From an uncultured Terriglobus sp. (GTDB lineage: Bacteria > Acidobacteriota > Terriglobia > Terriglobales > Acidobacteriaceae), in the NCBI GenBank assembly GCA_964657335.1, contig CAZZVI010000006.1, positions 1 to 42,864 of the forward strand: DNA of 42,864 bases. Direction: 5' to 3'. Shown here in pieces: positions 35,645 through 42,864 of the stretch. The notes beneath the pieces were generated by a model. The model was not told the DNA's origin. It saw only the letters and a program-made list of their open reading frames with translations, and did not search any database. Position 1 is the first letter of the stretch. The number at the start of each line of letters is the position of its first letter. Both the position numbers and the translations under genes were made by a program.

Positions 35645-36717
35645 GCAGGCACCCCTGCAGCGGCCCCGATGAGCGATGTGCCGGGAAAGGCCACCAGCCG
35701 CTCGACCGCACAGAACATCTCGTAAGCGCTCGCCCAACGCAGTTCCAGACCACGCTCGGCAGCGGCCTGATGCAGGTCGCGGAACATCGTCTCGAGCGAA
35801 CCAGCGCCGGGTGCGTCGCCCAGCAGCGCCGCGGCGTTGTCCTCTCGCGCGGTGTGGCCGTAGAGCTTCAGAAAGATGTCCTCTCCGATGCGCGGCGCAA
35901 GATCGAGCCAGCATCCGGCGCGGTACACCGTGGGCTGATCGTAGGCTGCCAGTTCGCCGGCCTCGATCCGCGGCACCAGCCGTTCGCGAAAACGCAGGCC
36001 GAGCGGGCCCGGGATCATGAGCAGGTCGCCGCGCCTGCCGCCACCCGGCACAGCATCCAGCCCGTGGTCGAAGCCGCGCGGCCTGGCGGGATCCCCCGTC
36101 GTCCAGTAGATGCGATTCGCGATGCGGCCCTGGGTAGGCGAGGGCAACGACGGCATGGTGAAGTCGGCATAGCAGCCAAGGTCGCACAGCGCCTGCAGCT
36201 CGCCGGTGACACCGCACCAGCGGCCATCCGGCCGCGAGTTATCGAGCGCCCAGTTGCCGTGAATGAAGCCGAAGACAAGCCGTCCGTTGTGGTGCCGGAG
36301 AAAGCCGTGGTCCTCATGCAGGCGCCTGGTGAACTCCGTGACCTTTGCGCGGAAGCCTTCGTTTGTGTCGTTGTCGTGGTGAATGTGTACGTCCACATCG
36401 GCGACGCCGGCGCGATGCATGCCCTCCAGCGCAGCGACGACCTCGCGCTGATACTCCTCCTGTGGGTAGAAGAAGGTAAACTTCGGCGACCGGCCCCCGG
36501 CGTCGCGCGGCGCGGCAGCAGCGATCTGGGGCCAGCGGCGCTGCCAGTGCGCGACTCTCGCCATGCCCTGTGCGAGCGGCACGCCGCCTCCCATGGGCTC
36601 GTAGTGATCGGTGATCGCGACCCAAAGGCGCTTCGGCCTGGTGCGGTCTGTCAGGCGCTCTACGCGGCTGCGCAGGTAGCTTGGCACCCACAGCTCCGCG
36701 TGCTTCGGCAGATTCAT
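35641..36717 (-). CDS. Conserved hypothetical protein in the EPS locus, probable metal-dependent polysaccharide deacetylase-like fold
   Basis: 'TDHYEP', 'TFFYP.EEY', 'VHIHHD', 'FIHGNWALDNSR', 'CYADFTMPS', 'KLYGH'; translationally coupled to the GT genes. Confidence 0.75.
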   Translation of the reverse strand: MNLPKHAELWVPSYLRSRVERLTDRTRPKRLWVAITDHYEPMGGGVPLAQGMARVAHWQRRWPQIAAAAPRDAGGRSPKFTFFYPQEEYQREVVAALEGMHRAGVADVDVHIHHDNDTNEGFRAKVTEFTRRLHEDHGFLRHHNGRLVFGFIHGNWALDNSRPDGRWCGVTGELQALCDLGCYADFTMPSLPSPTQGRIANRIYWTTGDPARPRGFDHGLDAVPGGGRRGDLLMIPGPLGLRFRERLVPRIEAGELAAYDQPTVYRAGCWLDLAPRIGEDIFLKLYGHTAREDNAAALLGDAPGAGSLETMFRDLHQAAAERGLELRWASAYEMFCAVERLVAFPGTSLIGAAAGVPA

Positions 36718-36776
36718 GCCTGGCGTTTCCTCGGCTGTGCACGGGCGATTTGCGGTCGGTTAGGCTGGTGGCAGAT

Positions 36777-37856
36777 ATGAAGATTGTGCATGCCGTCTAC
36801 AGCATGGAACTTGGTGGAGCGGAGATGCTGGTTGCGCAGCTTGGCCGCATCCAGCGGGAGGCAGGCCATGACGTAAGCGTGTGCGCCTACAGCAAGCTGG
36901 GTCCACTCGGCGAGGTGCTGCGCGACGAGGGCCTGAGCGTGCACGTGCTGGGCGAAAGCCATCCGGCAAAGACGGTGTGGCGTTACCTCCGGCTGTTTCG
37001 CACGTTGCGGCCGGACGTGGTGCATTGCCACAACCCTGCGCCGACGCTGCAGGCGGCGCTGGGTGCGAGGCTCTCCGGCGCCAGGTGCGTTGTGGCGACG
37101 CGGCACAGCCTGGTGTCGCCGCCCTATGACCGCGCGGCCGAGGCAAAGTTCAGCGTGATCGCTCGCTGCTTCGTCGATGCCGTAGTGGGCATCTGCGACA
37201 TCACCTGCGCCAACCTGCGCGGAGCTCCGCTGGCCGACCGCCGCAGCATTGTGCGGGTCTACAACGGCGCCGCTCCGCTGGAAGAAGCTGCGCCCATCGC
37301 ATCCGGCGAGGACGAGTTTGTTCTGCTTTTCGTGGGACGTCTCGCCGAGGTGAAGGACCTGCCCACCATGCTTCGGGCGTTTGCACTGGCAGTGAAAAGT
37401 GAGCCGCGTCTGCGCCTGTGGATCGTTGGCGACGGCGCGGTGCGCGCTCGTCTGCAGGGCCTGGCCGAGGAGTTCGGGCTCGGCGACCGCGTGCGCTTCT
37501 GGGGCCAACGGCTCGACACGGCGGCGTTCTTCCGGGGAGCCGATGCGTTCGTCATGTCGTCTGTCTCGGAAGGCCTGCCGATGTCGCTGCTGCAGGCCAT
37601 GTCCATCGGCCTGCCCGCGATTGTCACCGACGTCGGCGGCATGGCCGAGGTGCTGGCGCTGTCGGGTGGCGGCATTCGCGTACCGGTGGGCGATGCCGAA
37701 GCGATGGCGGTCGCCATGGCGCGCATGGCGACTGAAGAGGAGGCTCGCAGAAGCTTCGGTGAGAACGCCCGGGCCGCTTACGCGGTGCACTTCACCCTGA
37801 AGCAAATGGCTACCGCCTACGAGCGCATCTATCAGCAGCCACGTCGCTGGCGGTAA
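36777..37856 (+). CDS. Glycosyltransferase family 4
   Basis: 'MKIVHAVYSMELGGAE', 'PDVVHCHN', 'VYNG', 'VGRLAEVKD', 'SSVSEGLPMSLLQAM'. Confidence 0.92.
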   Translation: MKIVHAVYSMELGGAEMLVAQLGRIQREAGHDVSVCAYSKLGPLGEVLRDEGLSVHVLGESHPAKTVWRYLRLFRTLRPDVVHCHNPAPTLQAALGARLSGARCVVATRHSLVSPPYDRAAEAKFSVIARCFVDAVVGICDITCANLRGAPLADRRSIVRVYNGAAPLEEAAPIASGEDEFVLLFVGRLAEVKDLPTMLRAFALAVKSEPRLRLWIVGDGAVRARLQGLAEEFGLGDRVRFWGQRLDTAAFFRGADAFVMSSVSEGLPMSLLQAMSIGLPAIVTDVGGMAEVLALSGGGIRVPVGDAEAMAVAMARMATEEEARRSFGENARAAYAVHFTLKQMATAYERIYQQPRRWR

Positions 37857-37921
37857 AAGAGGATTCGGAAGGACCGCCTTGCGATCCTTCTGGATGGAGG
37901 ACCCTTGTGCTCCCGGGGCGC

Positions 37922-39139
37922 TCAAGACCTCTCCTTCGCGCCCCAAATCGCGTCGCCCAGTGTCGGAGTTGGAGACCAGGTCTTCCAGAGTGGGCCGCTT
38001 GTAAACACGAATCGAAACAGGCCGGCGACAGCGGCGGCGTTCAGCACCAGGAGCGCACCCGCTGGAGCCAGGATCCGGTGAAGCAGCGGAATGCGAACAG
38101 CCAGGCTAACCAGCGCCGCGGCCCAGAAGACCACCTGCGCGGTCGCGATGACAAACCACATCGCAGAGAAATGCCCAAGCACCAACGACGCCGCAAGCAT
38201 CAACAGCAGAGCATACGGTACAAGCAGCCGGAACAGCTTATGCGATACGAGCTGGAAGCGTACCGGGTTATCGCCTGACAGCACCCACGGCGCGGTGGCC
38301 ACCAGCTGGTAGTTGCCTGCCAGAGTGCGGACCTTCCGCTGAAACTCGCCCTTCGCCGTCGCGGGCCATGTGTCGGTCACCGTCGCCGAGCGGTCCAGCA
38401 CCGATCGATATCCCTGCCGGATCACGGTCAGGGGCTGGAACATATCGTCGAGGATCAGGCCCGGTGGAAACGACCTGGACAGCCTGCGCCGCACGGCATA
38501 GAAGCCGCCATACACGCCTACGGGCGAGTACCACCGCGCCTCGGAGGTGCGAATCCACTGCTCAAACTTCCAGTAGGCGCCGCTCATGGTGGCTGCCGCG
38601 GCCTCATCTCCGTGACGCTGTTGCACAATCAGTTCGCCCGCGACGCAGCCTACCTCGCGGTCGGCGAAGTTGCTGATCATTGACCGCAGCGCGTCCCCCT
38701 CTAGCCGCGGCCGGATGTCGACAAAGACCACCAGTTCGTACTCTGCCTTGAGCAGCGCCTGGTTCAGCGCCTGCGCCTTGCCCACCTGTTCCGTCAGTTG
38801 CAATACCTTCAGGCGAGGATCGCGAAAGTCTTCCAGCAGCGCGGCGGTATTGTCGGTCGAGCCATCGGAGACGATGATGATCTGCTTGACGATCGCCGGA
38901 TCAAGCGCGAGCAGATGGTGCATCTTCGCTTGGATGATCGCGGCTCCGTTATGCACCGGCATGATGAGAGAAACGGCGAACTTCTCATTCGGGTCACGAT
39001 GCCAGCGGCGCGGCCGCCACCGTGCCATGCCGGCAGCGATCAGCGGATAGCCTGCATAGGTGTACGCCACAAACAGAAAAGCCGCCCAGAAGAGCAACTC
39101 TGCCAGCGGCAACCGCAAGTTCTGCCACAGTGTGATCAC
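37922..39139 (-). CDS. Glycosyltransferase family 2 (membrane, processive-like)
   Basis: 'YTYAGYP', 'VSDGSTD', 'GKAQALN', 'YWKFEQWIR', 'LDDM', 'EFQRKVR..AGN', 'SHKLFR'. Confidence 0.9.
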   Translation of the reverse strand: MITLWQNLRLPLAELLFWAAFLFVAYTYAGYPLIAAGMARWRPRRWHRDPNEKFAVSLIMPVHNGAAIIQAKMHHLLALDPAIVKQIIIVSDGSTDNTAALLEDFRDPRLKVLQLTEQVGKAQALNQALLKAEYELVVFVDIRPRLEGDALRSMISNFADREVGCVAGELIVQQRHGDEAAAATMSGAYWKFEQWIRTSEARWYSPVGVYGGFYAVRRRLSRSFPPGLILDDMFQPLTVIRQGYRSVLDRSATVTDTWPATAKGEFQRKVRTLAGNYQLVATAPWVLSGDNPVRFQLVSHKLFRLLVPYALLLMLAASLVLGHFSAMWFVIATAQVVFWAAALVSLAVRIPLLHRILAPAGALLVLNAAAVAGLFRFVFTSGPLWKTWSPTPTLGDAIWGAKERS

Positions 39140-40506
39140 TGGGCTCCCTTGCGGCGAAGGATGATCTTGATCGTCTCGAACATGATGAGCAGATCGAATC
39201 CGAGCGAGGCATGCTTCACGTAGTAGAGGTCGTACGCGAGTTTTTCGCGCGCTTCCTCAAGCGTCGCGCCATAGCCGTAGCGCACCTGCGCCCATCCAGT
39301 CAGGCCCGGGCGGATGATGTGGCGAAGATCATAGAAGGGCAGCTGCTCCACGAGCCACGGCACAAACTCGGGCCGCTCCGGCCGGGGTCCCACAAAGCCC
39401 ATGTCGCCACGCAGCACATTCCAAAGCTGCGGCAGCTCGTCGATGCGGGTCTTGCGCATGAATAGGCCGGTGCGGGTCACACGGGGATCGTTCTTCGAGG
39501 CCCATTTGGCGCCTGCGGCCTCCGCATCCTGCCGCATGGTGCGGAACTTATAGACGGAGAACTCGCGGCCACCCTCACCTACCCGGACCTGTCGGAAGAA
39601 GATCGGCCCTGGAGACGACATTCGCACCAGGAGCATGATCAGCGGGAAGAACGGCGCGGCCAGCAGCAGGCCAGTAGCCGCTGCCATCATGGACGCGACA
39701 CGACGCGTGAATTGCTGCGAGGCCTTGACGCGGAAGCCTTCCGAATAGAGGAACGAGCTTGGACGCAGGCCCTCCAACTGAATCTTGCCGTTCAAACGCT
39801 CCAGGAGCTGCGTATCTTCTTCCACGGTGATGCCGCGCAGCTTCAGCGTCAGCAGGTCCGTCATGGGCATCGCGCCACGGCGGTCTTCCAGTGCGATTAC
39901 GATGTGGTTGACGGGCTGCCTCAGGGCGAACAGGCTCTTCACGACAGCGGCAGCACTGCTCATCTGCTCGCCGTCCATCTCATAGTTGCAGCTGACTACG
40001 TCCATTCCCAGATCTTTGCGGCGCTCCAGGGTCTCGGCGATGAACTGTGCGCGAGGTCCCTTGCCAAGCACGCAGACTCGCTCGCGAAAGACGCTGCGCG
40101 CAGCCACCCAGGCATAGAACCGGCGCCACAGGCAGAGCACCAGGCCGAGGAGCAGCAGCGCCAGCGGAAACACCTGCCGACTAATGCTGAACTCCGGGTA
40201 GAAGTACACCACGCCCGCGACCAGCAGGCAGACGCATCCCAGCGCCAGCACGATGCGGAAGTAGATCTCGCGCCGGTCGAAGAGCAGGTCAGGCTCGTAT
40301 AGATCGAAGTAGTAGGCCACCGTCATGGTCGCGATGGTCAGCGCCACGATCTTGGCTGCGCCGTACTCATAGTTCAAGGTGAGATAGGCATTACGTCCGA
40401 GCACGAGCCACACCGCGGCGTACAGGCAGCTGCCGATGATCAGCGATTCTGAGATCAGCAGAAAGACCGTGCGGGTTGGATAGTACACGTTCAGCAGACG
40501 GATCAT
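39136..40506 (-). CDS. Polyprenyl glycosylphosphotransferase (priming sugar transferase), PEP-CTERM/EPS-associated type
   Basis: N-terminal TMs, 'ALEDRRG', 'ERLNGKI', 'FRQVRVG', 'KFRTM', 'DPRVT', 'RIDELPQLWNVLRGDM.FVGPRPER', 'PGLTGWAQV', 'DLYY'. Confidence 0.93.
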   Translation of the reverse strand: MIRLLNVYYPTRTVFLLISESLIIGSCLYAAVWLVLGRNAYLTLNYEYGAAKIVALTIATMTVAYYFDLYEPDLLFDRREIYFRIVLALGCVCLLVAGVVYFYPEFSISRQVFPLALLLLGLVLCLWRRFYAWVAARSVFRERVCVLGKGPRAQFIAETLERRKDLGMDVVSCNYEMDGEQMSSAAAVVKSLFALRQPVNHIVIALEDRRGAMPMTDLLTLKLRGITVEEDTQLLERLNGKIQLEGLRPSSFLYSEGFRVKASQQFTRRVASMMAAATGLLLAAPFFPLIMLLVRMSSPGPIFFRQVRVGEGGREFSVYKFRTMRQDAEAAGAKWASKNDPRVTRTGLFMRKTRIDELPQLWNVLRGDMGFVGPRPERPEFVPWLVEQLPFYDLRHIIRPGLTGWAQVRYGYGATLEEAREKLAYDLYYVKHASLGFDLLIMFETIKIILRRKGAQ

Positions 40507-40512
40507 GCTCGC

Positions 40513-41382
40513 CTATTTCTCGGGCCCATAACCATAATAAGCGGGCACCGCCCGTTCCTCGACGGCATTCAGCACAACGCCCAGCAGGGTGGAGGCCTGC
40601 AGCTCGGCCTGCGCCTTCTGCGCGTCCTGATAACGGGTCATGCCTGCGCGAGTGACCAGCAGCACGCCGTCGCAGTATCGCGCCAGGTTCACAGCGTCAC
40701 TGACCAGCGTCACAGGAGAGGTGTCCACCAGAATCCAATCAAAGAGCGGCTTGGCGTAGTCGATCAGGTCGCCAAAACGAGAGTCATGCGAAAGGTCAGC
40801 TACCTGATCGCTAAGGCCGCCTCCACCAATGAAGGTAAGCTGCGCCAGGCCGGGGTGGGCAGCCACGGTGGCCGTGTCTGCGCGCTGCATGACCTCCCAC
40901 GGCTGTGCCGCACCGGAAAGGAAGTCCGCTAGCCCGGGCCGCGCAACCGTGCCTAAGTAGTTCTGCAGGCTGTACCGGCGCATGTCGCCATCGATCAACA
41001 GCACACGCGTGCCGCGGTGATGACTTAACGCAACCGCCAGGTTCGCAGTGACAAAGCTTTTACCCTCCTGCGGCTGGGCGCTGCTGATCAGTACGGTCTT
41101 CAGCGGTTGAACGCTGCGGAATTCGATGAGCCGCGAACGCAGGCGTCGAAACTGCTCAGCCGTCGACGTACGTTGCTGCAATGTCGGCAGGTCCCTTACG
41201 TTGGGATCCCAAGGCACCTCCTGCGCTTCTGTTGGTGCGCCGGTGGCGAACATCATCTGCGTTGGTTGAAATTCGATTTGGACCGCCTCCGCAGCCTTCT
41301 CGGAAAAGTCCGGCGTGGGCTGCTCACCTGCCGCGATGCGATTCAGCTCGGTCCGCAGAAGTTCCTGATAGTTCCTGTTCAT
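40513..41382 (-). CDS. CpsD/CapB family bacterial tyrosine kinase (stand-alone Wzc kinase domain)
   Basis: 'EQFRRLRS', Walker A 'QPQEGKS', 'LIDGDMR', 'VDTSP', 'GVVLN', C-terminal Tyr cluster 'AYYGYG'. Alternative start 41412. Confidence 0.92.
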   Translation of the reverse strand: MNRNYQELLRTELNRIAAGEQPTPDFSEKAAEAVQIEFQPTQMMFATGAPTEAQEVPWDPNVRDLPTLQQRTSTAEQFRRLRSRLIEFRSVQPLKTVLISSAQPQEGKSFVTANLAVALSHHRGTRVLLIDGDMRRYSLQNYLGTVARPGLADFLSGAAQPWEVMQRADTATVAAHPGLAQLTFIGGGGLSDQVADLSHDSRFGDLIDYAKPLFDWILVDTSPVTLVSDAVNLARYCDGVLLVTRAGMTRYQDAQKAQAELQASTLLGVVLNAVEERAVPAYYGYGPEK

Positions 41383-41480
41383 CGCAACGTTTCCTGTTTC
41401 GACGTGCCCCACGAGTTGCTGCCTCCATCATCGGCTGACCACAGCCGGAGCTGAGTCGCCGAATCTAACCGCACAATGCT

Positions 41481-42863
41481 TCACGCGGAGGGCAGTTCCA
41501 ACTGCCCGCCCGCTGAAATCTCAATCTGCTTGAGAGGATGTGCACCGACACGTTCGATTACGCCCAATGTATTCAGCCGGAGAAACGCGTAGACATCATC
41601 TTCTGTGCGAATCGCGGTGTTGCGATACTCCAACAGAGCACTGATGACGCCGCCCAGCAGCAAGCCAAGCACGAAGCCGCCTGCTGCGAAGTAACCGCGC
41701 TTTGGAAAGGACGGCGAATCCGGCAGGCTGGCTGCGTCGATGACGCTGAACTGCTCACCCTGCTGTCGCCGCTCCAGGCTGGCGGCCATTTCGGATTGCT
41801 TCTTCTTCGCCAGAAGGTCGTCATAGAACTTCTGCGCGGACTGATTATCGCGGGTCAGTTCCTTGTACTCCTCCTCGACCAGCGGCGACGATGAGATTCG
41901 GTCCTGATACAGCTTGATGTTGTTCTGGATCTGCTGCTGCTCGGCGCGCTTGGCATTGATACCTGCGTCCGAAGCCTGAATGGCGGCACGCAACTGCTGC
42001 ACGCCGATAGAATCCGGCAGCTTGGCCGATGTGCCGCTGCCCGTTGTCGCGGCCGGCTTCTTTATCTGGGCTTTGAGATCGGCAATCTTGCGCTTGACTG
42101 CGATCACATCCGGATAGTCGGGTGTGTACCGCGCGGTAAGGTCGGCCTGTTCCGCTTCGAGCGCCGCAAGCTGTCCCTGACGGTCGTCCGGCACGGCCTT
42201 AGGCTCGGCTCCGCCGAAGGACTCCCGGATCTGCTGCTGTTGCGACAGCAGCGATTCCTGGTAGGCGCGGTCCTGTTCCATGCGCGCAAGCTGCTGTGTA
42301 CTTGCCTGCAGTTGCGTGTTCAGGCTGGTGAGCATATCCAGGTTAGGCGCCTGCTGCCCGGGCAGTTTTCCAATGTACTTGCGTTGAAATTCGGCCAGCT
42401 TGGCATCCTGTGCATCCAGGTTGGCCTTCGCCTCTGTCAGCTGCGACTCGAGGAAGTCGGTAGTGCCCTGCGCGGACTGTTCGCGCGCGCGGAGATTTTC
42501 TCCGATGAACAGCGACGTGATCTCGCTGCAAACCTGCTGCGCCGTGCGAGGGTCACCCGCGGTGAACAGAATGTAGAAACCCGGAAGCCCGGCGGCACGG
42601 CCGATTTCGGAACGGATGGGTTTGATGTCGATGTTCTTGCGCACGGCCTCGAGCCGCTCATCCATCTTTGCTCCGGGATACAGGTTGAAACGCTCGATGA
42701 TGGGCTGGATGCGCGACCGGCTGAGAATCTGCTCCTTCATCGTGCCAAGCCGCTCATCGAGGTCGGACGAGACGACCGGCTTCACGTAGTCGTCCGGTAC
42801 CTTCTGGCCTTCGATGAGAACGAGCGTCTGCGAGATGAACTTGGGCGAAAGCGTGAAGCTGAC
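41481..42863 (-). CDS. Polysaccharide co-polymerase / chain-length determinant (Wzz/GumC family), 5' end outside window
   Basis: Open frame to the window edge; 'ILSRSRIQ', coiled coils, 'YTPDYPDVIA', 'LTRD', 'GEQFSVIDAASLP..PSFP', C-terminal TM. Confidence 0.9.
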   Translation of the reverse strand, partial: VSFTLSPKFISQTLVLIEGQKVPDDYVKPVVSSDLDERLGTMKEQILSRSRIQPIIERFNLYPGAKMDERLEAVRKNIDIKPIRSEIGRAAGLPGFYILFTAGDPRTAQQVCSEITSLFIGENLRAREQSAQGTTDFLESQLTEAKANLDAQDAKLAEFQRKYIGKLPGQQAPNLDMLTSLNTQLQASTQQLARMEQDRAYQESLLSQQQQIRESFGGAEPKAVPDDRQGQLAALEAEQADLTARYTPDYPDVIAVKRKIADLKAQIKKPAATTGSGTSAKLPDSIGVQQLRAAIQASDAGINAKRAEQQQIQNNIKLYQDRISSSPLVEEEYKELTRDNQSAQKFYDDLLAKKKQSEMAASLERRQQGEQFSVIDAASLPDSPSFPKRGYFAAGGFVLGLLLGGVISALLEYRNTAIRTEDDVYAFLRLNTLGVIERVGAHPLKQIEISAGGQLELPSA

Positions 42864-42864
42864 G

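Noticed and set aside
35645-36217. N-terminal extension of the 631-aa ORF 34322..36217
   Set aside because: Overlaps the upstream gene in another frame; the true GT4 start is MNVLLITF at 35644.

Overview
GC-rich bacterial chromosomal window, most likely Acidobacteriota (Terriglobia-like), inferred from an acidobacterial-type VWA protein, a PEP-CTERM protein and the repeat types. Housekeeping genes include yceD-rpmF-plsX, moaB, dnaG, hslVU, pabA/trpG, efp, acyP, apt, ruvX, greA and dps. The window also holds a non-phosphorylative L-fucose-type catabolic cluster, several secreted or membrane proteins, and one end of a PEP-CTERM/exosortase-associated exopolysaccharide locus. No tRNA, rRNA, CRISPR array or transposase was seen. 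The most unusual region is the ~900 bp intergenic stretch at 3970-4890. It appears to hold two tandem non-coding RNAs: a sigma54-promoter-driven ~200 nt purine-rich sRNA with its own terminator, then a sigma70-driven ~340-380 nt multi-helix RNA. These lie directly upstream of a gene for an arginine-rich, disordered protein with an atypical receiver domain. Other oddities are a K+-channel-family gene split by a single in-frame TGA at a probable Trp position, an EF-P with Asn at its normally modified tip residue, and a repeat-rich intergenic mosaic at 1140-2080. All calls come from reading the sequence by eye; no database searches or folding programs were run.
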